Below are positions 1 to 11,338 of a stretch of 20,000 bases of DNA, in pieces; position 1 is the stretch's first letter; the number at the start of each line of letters is the position of its first letter. The DNA lies in NCBI GenBank assembly GCA_010093995.1, contig ML992513.1, positions 286,143 through 306,142 on the forward strand. Direction: 5' to 3'. The DNA is from Elsinoe ampelina. Lineage: Eukaryota. Below the pieces are notes generated by a model, which was not told the origin of the DNA, did no database searches, and saw only the letters and a list, made by a program, of their open reading frames with translations. The translations under genes were made by a program, and so were the position numbers.

Positions 1-645
1 TTATGGAGAGACTTGAAACAACAATATACCATGTGGGCTTTGCACATGCTTGTCATTCCTCCATTAAGAGACGCGGCCCATTTGTTCTTGTTCCAACTAC
101 ACGAGCCAAGCGCTGCAGCATGCCTTCAAGAGATCATCGGTATGGGAACAGGAAGGATTGTTGATATTATACTGATCAATCCTGCAGAGGACCTGCGAAG
201 CTTCGCCTTCCTCCACCCCTTGGCCAGTTGTGTGATCAACTCATTGCACGAAGTCGCCATCAAATACCATATAGACTGTCCAAAAGGTCTATTCGAACGA
301 CACCTTCAAGACGCCAAAAACACAAACCTACCATCTCTCGGAACATCAGCATTCACCGTGCGAGCCAAAATCGACATCGAAACACCCACGCATCATCCCA
401 CCTATCCTTCTCAAGCGCAAGGTCAATACCAGCAGCAGCCGGCAAGTCAAGAGATGGGACAATACGGCGTGTTCAACCTCGCCATGCATCATCCAACCCC
501 AACCTACAGGACCACAACCGAGCGTGACTACCCGCAGTACTTTCCAGATCAGCAATTGAGCGGAGCCGTCATCCAGAGTGGCTACGAAATGATGCAGCCA
601 TACTCAGGCCAAGGACCAGGTCCACAACAACCACCAAGACCATGA
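1..645 (+). CDS. 3' part of a fungal protein-coding gene, 5'-truncated by the window edge; possibly the C-terminal region of a Zn2Cys6 / fungal-specific transcription factor; probable 48-nt intron at 140-187
   Basis: Frame 1 is open from base 1 to TGA at 643-645. GTATGG(140)...CTGAT...CAG(187) is a canonical fungal intron. Removing it gives ...AACLQEIIEDLRSFAFLHPLASCVINSLHEVAIKYHIDCP followed by a Q/P-rich low-complexity tail. The TF family call rests only on my recall of similar C-termini. Confidence 0.6.
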   Translation, partial: LWRDLKQQYTMWALHMLVIPPLRDAAHLFLFQLHEPSAAACLQEIIGMGTGRIVDIILINPAEDLRSFAFLHPLASCVINSLHEVAIKYHIDCPKGLFERHLQDAKNTNLPSLGTSAFTVRAKIDIETPTHHPTYPSQAQGQYQQQPASQEMGQYGVFNLAMHHPTPTYRTTTERDYPQYFPDQQLSGAVIQSGYEMMQPYSGQGPGPQQPPRP

Positions 646-1665
646 TCGACCATGCTGAGCCATCAGACAAGAACATCCGCCCGAACGAAAGTACGCATGG
701 GCAGAAACCTCCCCGACGCGTCCGCACGCAGAATTTCTGCACGTCGAAAAGAGCGGAGTGATAGCGTCCACACTCTTTCGTTAAGAAGAGTTGCGCTATA
801 CAGTAGTGTACATGGCAAGAACAAGGGTGCTCGCAGTACGAGAATCGGAAGATAGTTCATGAACCCAGAAGCCGTCGTCTTTCGCTCCGTCCCGGGCTGT
901 CTACCACGTATCCCAAAACTCAAAAAGTCACAACTCGTAACGATGACGCGCCGGTCGGGAAAGTTGCCATTGATGAGACGATGCACTTTGTCGGACCTGA
1001 CAAGCGGAGCTAGAGGGTATACGCAATCTCTGATTCACTAGTGAGGATCCGTACCACACGATCAAATCGTTTGATTCCAAAGTCACTCCCGAACACGGTC
1101 TTGTGAAACCACGTCCATAGGGATCCTTGCGCTGCGTCTAGCATGGCAGCGTACGTGAGCTCTGGGTGGTGAACCTCGCGGGTGATCGTTCCACGGAGCT
1201 TAATGCCTGTTGGGAATGCTGCTCGTGTGCGCTGCCTGTCGATGAACTCGGTCGTCTTCCTCGGGGCAGTAGCAGGCCGTGATTTGAGCTGCTCGGTTGG
1301 CTCTGATCGAAGTGCTGACATGTCTTGGACGGGGATGGGTCGTCGTATGTGGATATGGGTTGTGCTGTTTATCAATGTCGGCATCTATACGCGTGGCGGA
1401 CCGTGAGGGGGGTCCTCTTCGCTTTTCGGAATATGTTCGTGTGACTTTTAGACGGTTTATGGGTATTGGATCGTTGAGGATGAGACACTGTCGGGTGAAC
1501 AGCCTCGGTCGGCCAAAGACTAATTCTGACGTTTGTGTCATCATTCGTTGCTTTCTGTTTGGTCACGTACGCTGTGTGATACTACCAGGCATCTAAAGCC
1601 GACCACAAATCTCCTTCACAGACATGGTAATTGCACCGAGAAATCCTAGTCGCTCTTCTCGACTC

Positions 1666-3332
1666 TCAAATCGTCTCTACTCTCAACATAGCCGGCACCC
1701 CTTGCTGCAACCCAGCACTAACCCCACTCGTCCTACTCTCCATCCCCTCCGCATCCCCTCCCCTCTCCCTCAACGCCTCCTGTAAACTAATCACACTCCC
1801 CTCCTCTCCCCTTCCCCCCTCGTGGCCCCTGGCAAACACCCGCCTTATACCCCTCGCCAACCTACTCCCTCCCACAAACACCCCGTTCGTATTAAACACC
1901 TCCTCGATACCCTCCAAACTCAACCCCTTGGTTTCCGGCATGAACGACCACAGTAACACCACGCTCGTGAGGCAGAATCCGCCGAAGAGGAAATACGCCC
2001 CGTAACTACTCTCCGCTAGAAAGATAGGCGTGAGGATTGTGACGAGCCAATTCGTGAGGAACCCGATCCCCTGCGCGACGCAATTCGCCATGCTGCGCGT
2101 CTGGGGAGGTTGGATCTCGGAGGCGTAGATCTTGCCTACAATACCCCATGTGCAGCAGTAGGTCAGGCCGAAAATGAAGACGAGGGAGATGACGAGGAAG
2201 CGCGCGGGCGAGGTGGGGGTTATGGCGTTGCTGGCGTAGAGGGAGCCGATGAGCAGCATGCAGGTTGTGAGAATCAGGCCGCCGGTGAGGGTAATGGAGC
2301 GGCGGGTGAAGCGGTCGGTGAGGAGGAGGGCGGGGATGGTGATGGCGAACATGAGGATGGCGGAGACGCCGGACGCGATGAAGGAGGCGGTGGTGGCGGG
2401 GAGGCCGGCTTGAGCGAACAGGCGGGGCGCGTAGTAGAGGACGCCGTCGATACCGGAGAGTTGGATCATGCCGAGCATGATTAGGGCGAGGGTGGTGCGG
2501 GTGCGGTAGGGGGCGGAGAAGATGGTGAAGATGGCGGTGAGAGGGTTGGGCTGGGCGGTGATGGTGCGAGCGGCGGAGGGGCCGAGGAGATCCTTTTCGG
2601 CTTCGATAGGGGAGAAGTTGAGTCGTTCTAGTTGGCGGATGGCGTCAGAGCGGCGGGATTGGAAGAGCAACCAGCGGGGAGATTCAGGTAGGAGGTTGCA
2701 AATGATGGCGAGGAGAAGACCCATGCCGGCTTGGATGATGTAGATGGAACGGAAGGACCAGATGGAGTCGACCTTGACGGTGCCGTATGCAGTAAAGTAC
2801 CCACAACAGATGCCGAATACTACACCAAGTTGAGGAGTCGCCATGAGCATACCACGTCGCATTGACGGAGCGATCTCGGTGACGTAGACTGCTTGAGGGG
2901 CCATCCAGGTGCCCATCCCAATGCCGCCTATCGCACGACCAGCGAGGAAGATCGAAAGCTTCGGGGCCATTCCCTGCAGAAGAGCGCCAACGACGAAGAG
3001 GAGAGCACCAATCATGATCGCTCGTAGTCGACCGACATAATCCGCAAGCTGTCCAGCATAGATTGACGGGAATGCACCTGTCAGTAAGATCATCGATACC
3101 GTGAGTCCATGCATGAAAGGAGTGAGTTCGCCGAAGGTCTGATGGAAGTATGGCATTTCGGTCACTGCTCCGGCTGAGCCTGTATCGTAGCCATTGAGCC
3201 AACCTTTTGGCTGTCAGTAGACCGTCAAACGAAGCCCTCAAGGGCGTTCTTGCCTGCTACCGAGATGAAGCAAGTCGCGACCACATAGCCGGGAGGCTTG
3301 AATATCCTTGGGGAGACTACGCCGAATGTCAT
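1666..3332 (-). CDS. MFS sugar porter family transporter, ~538 aa, 2 exons (3332-3254 and 3203-1666)
   Basis: Sugar-porter motifs GYDTG, LADYVGR, EIAPSMRRG, PESPRWL, QLSGIDGVLYY, DRFTRR, SEIQP, PETKGLSLE and many hydrophobic segments. The frame extends upstream of the ORF-track start (GWLNGYDTGSAGAV). Exon 1 MTFGVVSPRIFKPPGYVVATCFISVA joins across a 50-nt intron to give SVAGWLNGYDTG. Confidence 0.93.
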
Positions 3333-3951
3333 CTTCGGCACCTTGTTAGCGACTCTAGACCAGGGAACAAATTGATCACCGAGATTTGGTCCTGGACGTT
3401 GTTCTCGAGATATGAGAGATACTTATCCTGACTCCGTCTCGTGGTTGTGAGAGATCGGCGAACAGTGGGCCGATAGCAATCTGACGCTGGAGGATTGTGA
3501 CTTCATTGCTTAACAATCAATTCACCAGCTCCTATCTGAGGGCGACGTTGGGAGCAAGACAGCCATTCATGCCATCGACAATGGCTGAGGTCCGTCGTCG
3601 CAGGGCAATAGTGGACTGTGTTAGAGTTTGCAGTAAGGTTTGAATTACTCTTGTCGAAGTGTGAATCAATTTGAATCACATGACTTCGCGTTTTTGTCAA
3701 CCGAGGCATAAGCTGGAGCGCTAAGAAGACCCTGAATCAGTTCATCCCAAGGTTGAACTAAACACTATCTTACTATTTTACTAATCCATGATCAAATTAG
3801 ATAATTATTGTCTTAATCTGCTACTATTAAGGAGTTCTTTTAATTTAGCTATCTTTTAGTATACTAGGTTAAGTATTTATATAGTTATAATCTACCTTAT
3901 TTTAGTAGTTTAGGTAGTAATTAATTCTTTTTCCTCCCCTATATAAATTAA

Positions 3952-3964
3952 TAGTTATAAGTCT
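3952..3964 (+). other. Putative copia primer-binding site (RIPed TGGTTATGAGCC, complementary to the tRNA-iMet anticodon stem-loop); implies a 5' LTR at about 3750-3951
   Basis: TAGTTATAAGTC differs from TGGTTATGAGCC only by three transitions and lies ~160 nt upstream of the gag start. The LTR termini cannot be fixed without the partner LTR. Confidence 0.5.
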
Positions 3965-4121
3965 AGTATAACTACCCTTATATAAGTATATTACTTAGTT
4001 ACTTTCCTACTCTATTTATTAGTTAATTCTCTACTATCTTGCTTTTTAAGTATTAGAATCTATTAAGAACTACCTTAACTATAACTATAGAATTTAGGTA
4101 TTAATAAAGGGATAAATAACT

Positions 4122-6046
4122 ATAGATACTAATACCTTAATAGCTAGAACACCTATTATTCTTGCTATATTAGCTAAATAGGCTAGCTAGCTATATATTA
4201 TTAAGATAAGAGTATTAAATACTAAGATATAGAACCTTATTAATCCCTAGAAAACTATTAAACTAGAAGGGCTTCCTAAGCCTTAGAGGCTAAAGGTAGT
4301 AAATACTAACTTCTTAGTATTCTTCTAGATATATAAGGAGGAATAAGCATAATATAACAAATAGTATAAGGCCTTAACTAATTTAGCTAGCCTTATTTAG
4401 TTATTAATTACACTATAAGTTCTTACTATTATCTAACTAGAAGGGGATCCTTATCTATAGGCTATCCTTAGAGTATTAAAGAATAGATTTACTCTATCTA
4501 ATATAGCTATTTAGCTTAAGGTTAAAGCACTCTAGAGGAAGTAGCTATCTAGCTCTTCCTTATAGAATATAGACTATTAGCTTTAGTAATAGAAAGAGGT
4601 TATAGANNNNNNNNNNNNNNNNNNNNNNNNNNNNNNNNNNNNNNNNNNNNNNNNNNNNNNNNNNNNNNNNNNNNNNNNNNNNNNNNNNNNNNNNNNNNNN
4701 NNNNNNNNNNNNNNNNNNNNNNNNNNNNNNNNNNNNNNNNNNNNNNNNNNNNNNNNNNNNNNNNNNNNNNNNNNNNNNNNNNNNNNNNNNNNNNNNNNNN
4801 NNNNNNNNNNNNNNNNNNNNNNNNNNNNNNNNNNNNNNNNNNNNNNNNNNNNNNNNNNNNNNNNNNNNNNNNNNNNNNNNNNNNNNNNNNNNNNNNNNNN
4901 NNNNNNNNNNNNNNNNNNNNNNNNNNNNNNNNNNNNNNNNNNNNNNNNNNNNNNNNNNNNNNNNNNNNNNNNNNNNNNNNNNNNNNNNNNNNNNNNNNNN
5001 NNNNNNNNNNNNNNNNNNNNNNNNNNNNNNNNNNNNNNNNNNNNNNNNNNNNNNNNNNNNNNNNNNNNNNNNNNNNNNNNNNNNNNNNNNNNNNNNNNNN
5101 NNNNCTATTCTATAGTAATACCTTACTTAGTATTAAGAGTTAAAGAACTATTAATATTATAGCTCTTTATAAAGGAAAGTCTATAACTATCTATCTTATA
5201 AAGGTAGCCTATATACTATTAATTATAACTAATCTAGTTAGCCTTAGGAGGTTTATTAATAGTAGAGTCTACTAGAACACTTAAACTATAGAGATTAGCT
5301 ATAAAGGAAAAGTACTCTTCTTAGTTATACTAAAGTATAACTAATATATCTTTAAGAATAACTCTAAAGCTTCTAATATTACTACTATAGTATTAAGGAA
5401 TAATAATAATTGTCTACTATTAGTATTTACTATAGTTACTATAAGGACTAATTAATCTTAGTATAAAGTTATAGACTATCTAAGCCTAGAGTCTATTAAT
5501 TACCTTTTAACTGCTATAGTTAGTAGTAAACTAACTCTAACTAAGCCTAGTTTAGCTTAACTAATTTATCTTAGGTCTCTATATTAGACTTATAAGCTAT
5601 TAAATACTTAGTAGATTATATTAAGAAGCTCTAACAATAAACTTACTATATTAAAGCTATTTAAGAGAACTACCTTTAATATTATTATTAATAGATTTAC
5701 TAGCTATAATAAGGTAAGATATATAAGCTACTTTACTTATAGGACTACTAACTATTAACTAGTTACTACTTATACTTATAGATATAAGATTAATAAAATC
5801 TATATTAAGATAATTACTTATATTAAAAGTAATTTTAGCTTCAAAATTAAATTCCTTAGAAGTAATAATAAGAGAGCCTTTAGCCTTAAATTTACTATCT
5901 TCCTAAATAGTAAAGAAATCTATTATAAGCTATCTACTTTCTATACTTAAGCTTAGAATAGTTATAATAAAAGGATAGAAGCTATACTATTAAGGAGAGT
6001 AAGGGCAATTACTATCTTTACTAATCTACTAAGGGAATTATACTCT
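4122..6046 (+). pseudogene. Copia gag-protease-integrase, 5' part (spans the assembly gap), RIP-inactivated
   Basis: Start ATA (RIPed ATG) at 4122. In-frame stops are TAG/TAA at positions that read as Trp/Gln in conserved motifs. Confidence 0.8.
4607..5104. other. Assembly gap (498 N)
   Basis: Run of N between the copia gag and protease segments. Confidence 1.
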
Positions 6047-6233
6047 TATTAAAGCCTTATATTAAAGCTATATATATCGTAATATAGAGAACGCCTATTT
6101 AACTAAATAGTCCGTTAGTAGTAGAACTAATTACTATTAAGCCCCGGGCGTAAGCGCTACGTAGGATATTTAAGTACATTATGTAAGCGGAACTAGCTAC
6201 TACTAAGTGCCGCTCTAATACTAAGCTCTTATA
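6047..6233 (-). repeat. 3' LTR of G1
   Basis: Ungapped direct repeat of 12551-12737 with 13 mismatches by my count, all transitions. Termini TA...TA are RIPed TG...CA. Confidence 0.95.
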
Positions 6234-6237
6234 ATTG

Positions 6238-6248
6238 CCTCCTCCTCT
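6238..6248 (-). other. Polypurine tract of G1
   Basis: Minus strand AGAGGAGGAGG ending 4 nt before the 3' LTR. Confidence 0.8.
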
Positions 6249-6671
6249 AGGAGAGCTATCCTTAGCTCTCGACCGGAAGTGTGTAATATATAGTATTATT
6301 TAGAGGTAATATAGGCGTAAGGTAGTTAAGGCATTTTTATAAAGGCCTCGTATATGTCTTATATAATGTCTAGTAGTAGTAGTCCTAGGAATCTAGTTCC
6401 TAGGGGAGCGTTTGTCTAGTCGCTATAGCGCTAAAGCTAATCGGCAGTAATAATATTACTTTTCTTAGAATTTCTAGTAGTATTATAGGAGATATACGCC
6501 TTGTGCTAGTAGCTATAATAAAGATATAGTACACTAGAGGTTAGTCTATATTATCTTATTATTCCCCCTTATGTTCTTCTTTTCTACCTAAAACACATTT
6601 ATATTTTATTAACCTCTTACTATATAAGTATACTACCTATAACTATTATATTATTTAACTCCGGCCCCCCT

Positions 6672-7443
6672 ATAGCTAACACTTATAGCGTAAGGTCTAC
6701 TAGCGCCTAGGGAGCTATTACTGCTAGCGCTAACTCTATAACTCTCTTACTTTCTAAAGAGAAGGCTAATACCTATACTAGGTATACTAATAGCGTCGCT
6801 AAGAGTAAGCTAATAGAGCTCTTATAAGGGACATAACTAATTTATAGTAGGTCGTGTCTATACTAGAGGTAACTTTAGTATCTTCTTCTATTATAAGTGC
6901 GAACACTACGCCTATAATAAGTATATATACGAGCTACTTCTATCTATCCTATATAACTTATACATCGACGCCTTTAACATAGTTACTAAGCTTAAGGCCC
7001 CCGACTAGGCCGGCATCACTGTAGCTAAGAAGTATATATATACTATAGCCTATAAGAACGTCTCTAAGGTTAAGAAGTTTAAGACTATACTTAAGGTATA
7101 CTACACTAATAAGAACAAGGTCGTTAGTAAGGTCTTAACTCCTCGTATAGGGCCTATAGGTAGCTTACTTAGTAGTGTTATACTTAAGCGTAAGAAGGTT
7201 AAGAAACTATAGAAGATTAGGTATAGCCTTTATAGCTTAATTACTATCGGCAAGGAGGTAAGTTAAACTATGCTCTATATGCGTTATAAACATAGCTAAT
7301 AGGTTTAGATAGTGCGTAACTCTAGTAGTTCTACTACTAAAATCGACTATATTATAGCTAGTAGGTAGCTTATAGCCCCTATAGCACCTATAGGGGAGAA
7401 TCTTAGTATAGAGGTAAACGAGGAGGATAGTAAGGATAAGTAG
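6672..7443 (+). pseudogene. Antisense accessory gene inside G1: 3 exons (6672-6804, 6851-7257, 7309-7443), ~224 aa, six-Cys cluster plus helical region plus acidic tail; RIP-damaged
   Basis: Only four in-frame stops (TAG at 6708, 7006, 7210, 7366) over 225 codons in TA-saturated DNA. Introns are GTAAGC...CTAAT...TAG (6805-6850) and GTAAGT...GCTAAT...TTTAG (7258-7308). Intron 1 repairs a frame change. De-RIPed pattern is C-x2-C-x9-C-x12-C-x2-C-x6-C, with one intact TGC and five TAT/TAC codons. Confidence 0.72.
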
Positions 7444-7641
7444 GCACATACGAGACAGGTGTACGTCCCTAGCGCTATACCTATAATAAGGCCTTATATA
7501 GAGCATAATAGAGCATAGAGTTTAGGTTAATACCCGTAATAGTAGCGCAAGTATAGCGCTTTATTAAAATATATTTCCCTAGGTAAGGAGTCTACTCTTT
7601 ACTCTATTTATATATTTATATAATCTATCTACTTATATACT

Positions 7642-10600
7642 CTATAATCTACGCCTTTAGTAACCTTTCTTAGCTACTCTTAGCTATAACTTGTATATAG
7701 TAATTAGCTCTCTTATATTTACGTAATTCTCTTTAGGTTCCTAGCTATTAAACTTAATAGGCTAGTCCTTCTACTTTACTAAGTAGAATACCTTACCCTT
7801 TGTAGTTCTCCTGCCTAGAATCTTCTCTACTATCTACTTATCTACTTCGTTAGCGAGAGGTATACTCTCTTCTAGCTCCTTACTAGCTTTACCTATCTAT
7901 AGTTTAAGAAGAGATATATAAAAGACATTATAGATGTAATACTAACTCAGTAAAGCTAGGTAATACGCCTATAATTTAATTGTGTCAAGTATATAGAATA
8001 GGCTAAGGAATTGTAGTTCTATCTTCTTCTTTAGTATAGGTAGCTATAAGTTCTTAGCCGAGAGTAGTACTAAGTTACCTATACTATATACCTTTAGTAT
8101 ATACTTCCTATTGTAGTACTTAGCCTAGTAGGCGGAAGCCTCTTTCTATTACTCTACTAGCTTCGTATATATGTCTTATAAGCGTTATACTAACTCTACT
8201 ACTACTAGTACTCTTCTCTCTAAAGTCTTGTCCCGAGACTTAATAGCTATTACCTCTAACTCTAGATAGTAGCTATATATTATTTAGAAGAGGCTTATAC
8301 GTAGTATAGTATAAACGCTATTATTGCTTATAAATTCCACTTGTAATAGACGTTCGGCCTAGTCGTTCTATAGCTCTATATAGTAGTACCTTAGGTACTA
8401 TTCTAACATCTAGTTTTACTACTTAGTTTAACTATCTATCTACGAGTAAAAGGCTATACTAAGCCTACGCTTTATATACGTTTCGTAACAGAATTTACTC
8501 TAGAACTAGCTAGTAAAGACCGATCCTCGATTGCTTACTATTCCCCCCTAGGACACTATAATAGCGAATAACGTAGTTATATAGAATCTCTGCTAGCTCT
8601 ATAGACGTGCACTTCTTAGTAGTAGGGATATATAGTAATATCTTAGTGTAATAGTCTACAATTACTAGTACTATATTATAGACGCTACTACCTCGCTTGC
8701 TCGGTAGTAGGTTAGTAATAAAATCTATTATAATTTCTTACTATAGGCGGTCTAGTATCGGTAGCGTACGTAGCTCGCTATAGAGGTAATAGTAGCGCGC
8801 CTTATACTTCTAGCAAACTTAGTATAACTATATATAGTTATTAATATCTTTTCTTATAGTTAGCTAGAAGTATTTCTATAATAGGAGCTTAAGCGTCTTA
8901 TCCTTACTAAAGTAACTAGCCTATTCGCCGTTATAGTATATACATAGTATCTATGCCTTAAGCGCGCTATTATTCGGAATAACTAGTAACTCTTTATAGA
9001 AGAGAAGATTATCTTATATATTCTATAGCGCTCTACTTTTGTCTCTACTACTCCCCGCTTATAAACGTAGCTTTATAATCTCGAAGTCTTATTCTTATAG
9101 TAGCTCTACTACTAACATTAGGTTAGTAGACGAATCTTTAAAGGGATCCTCCCTTATAGTTGCTATAACTACGACTCGCTAGGTCGTTATAAGCCTCTAG
9201 AAGTTCTTAAAAGAGAAGTTACTACTATACGGCGTATAGGTAGCCTAGGCCTGTCCTAGAGTAGCCTTGTATATAGCGTAGATATGTCTAATAAGCGGAG
9301 TAGCTTTCTTAACGTTAGTAGTCTAGTCCTATATATAAAGCTTGTTCTAAAGGGTAGAAAGGAGATATAATACCTCTTACTCTTCCGCTACGTAGTTAAG
9401 GCGCCTCGAGAGTGTATTAGCTAGGTTCCTCGTGCCTAGCTAATGCTCTATTATAAAGTTAAAAGCAGTAAGGAAGGTAGCCTAGTAAGCTTATTAGCTA
9501 TTTAGCTATTTTAGCTTTATAAATCCTTAGAGATTATTATAGTTAGTAAGTACTTAAATTATATATAAGGCACCTTCGAGGTAGTATTACTATTACTTAA
9601 ATATATATACAATTACTAATAGCTCTTAGTTATACATCTCGTAATTATACTTAGCTAGGATAAACTTCCTTAACTAAAAGGCTATTAGGTGCTAAGCACT
9701 ATTAAATAGTTAGGACAGAATCGCTGCTACTATAAACTTTAATATATTACTTTTAATATATAGGGGCAGCGTAGAATTATAGTAGCAGAGAATAGAGGTA
9801 CGCGTAAATATGTCTCTAATGTCCTTAAACGTCTACTATTTACTTACGCTCTACATAAAAGAGCTATACTTACGACCTTTTACTAAGCCTTTAAGGAGGC
9901 TAGAGAGGGGGGTAATAATCTTAGAGTAGTACTACACGAACTAATAATAGAAGTTTATAAAGCTAGTAAACTACTAGACCTTATAATAACTCTTTAGCCT
10001 CGGCTAATTCTTAATTATAGTTACTCTACTAGGATCTATTAAGACGCCTATAGTAGAGATAATATAGCTAAGAAATTCTACCTCCTTAGTAAAGAATTTA
10101 CATTTCTTAAGGTTAGTATATAAAGTAAACTTCTATAGCCTCGCTAGAATCTTATAAACGTAATATATATAGTTCTCTCTTAAATTGCTATAGATAAGAA
10201 TATTATCGAGGTAGACAATATAGATAGTATTAACTAGCTTACCTAGCGCCTTATTAATATACACTTAGAAGGTAGCTAGGGCATTAGTTAATCTAAAAGG
10301 CATAACTAAGTACTTAAAATAGCTATAGCACATACGGAATATAGTCTTCTACTTGTCGCTATACTTAATAGGGATCCTATAATAGGCATCCTTAAGATCT
10401 AGCTTCGAGAACTACTAGGCTTACCTAAGCTAATTAAGCGTCTTACTAATAAGTAGAAGCGGGTAGCGATTCTTAATAGTTACCTCGTTTAAGCCCTAAT
10501 AATTTATATATAAGTATAGACTACTATCTTTCTTAGGCACGAACAGGATAGAAGTACTTATCTCGCTTATAGAGCGCCTAATCTACCTATTTAATTAAGT

Positions 10601-11338
10601 AGCCTCGAGATAGTTCTTAAGTACTTTAAGCTCTTTAACTAAAAGATTATATAAGGGCTAAAATAGAGACCTTCTACCTAGCTCTAGCTTAATTACATAC
10701 TTAGCGCCTAGAGGGCGTAGTAGATTTATAATATCCTTATAGACAAAGACATCGAAGAACTCTATAAACTCTAATAGTAGAGCTAGGTCGTCTACGGCGT
10801 AAGTATAGTCCTTAGACAGAGTCTATACTATAGTATATACCCTCGGCTTGTTCTTAAGGTCCTTTATAAAGTCTTCTAGTTCGCGTAAGTAAACTATATA
10901 TAAGGAGTAGCTATACGACTAGTTGTCTATAGCGCTATCTATAATTATATACTATCTTCTCTACTATAGGCACTCTAAAATAACTAGAGGGCCTAGTCCT
11001 AAGTCTATAGCGTAGAAGAGGCTAATTGTCTCTCTAAGGTTACTATAGAAGTCTACTAGGCGTACGTAAAGCTAGTGCGCGCTATAGTAGAATTCGGCTT
11101 ACTCTATAAAGAAAGAGATACTTAGATACTAAGTATGCTTAACTCTTAGTAGATTATAACGAAGAGTAAATGCCTAAGACACAAGATTAACTTCTATATA
11201 ATTGTCTATAAGGAACGTATAGTTTTTGTGCTCTATAGGCACTATAATAGCGCTATAATAGGGCAGCGATAGATAAGTGTTAATTAGGAGAGAAGAAGGG
11301 CTTAGTTACGCTCTTTAGCTAAGCCCTTAGAGTTTCCC
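7642..11338 (-). pseudogene. pol: G1 pol (protease, RT, RNase H, integrase, chromodomain)
   Basis: FLIDN protease site (~11201-11215), FSKLDLKDAY (~10382-10411), IVYLDN = YLDD (10219-10202), integrase I(M)DFIT (~8715-8735), IVS(D)RGSVFTS (~8510-8540), RLSTAFHPQTDGQT de-RIPed (~8425-8470), chromodomain VEKILGRRTTKGKVFYLVK(W)KD(W)P...S(W)EP (~7735-7835). One extra base in a C6 run at 8543-8548 shifts the frame. The 3' end is approximate. Confidence 0.93.

Noticed and set aside
663..1596. Cluster of short overlapping ORFs between the two convergent genes (e.g. minus 1010-1384, 1200-1544, 663-986)
   Set aside because: I could not build a convincing spliced model or recognise a domain. A small minus-strand gene is possible but unsupported without RNA-seq or homology.
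2110..2484. Gly/Glu/Asp-rich plus-strand ORF (also 1631-2005, 2522-2743 and minus-strand 2684-3241)
   Set aside because: Shadow ORFs antisense to or overlapping the MFS transporter, produced by its skewed codon usage.
3207..3709. Short ORFs 3207-3431 (+) and 3503-3709 (-)
   Set aside because: They overlap transporter exon 1 or its upstream region and have no recognisable features.
6621..6628. TATATAAG upstream of the G1 antisense gene as its TATA box
   Set aside because: TATA strings are created everywhere by RIP, so it is uninformative without a deRIP consensus.
7237..7506. 89-aa minus-strand ORF in the track
   Set aside because: Chance Tyr/Leu/Ile-rich frame in RIPed DNA, antisense to the better-supported spliced accessory gene.
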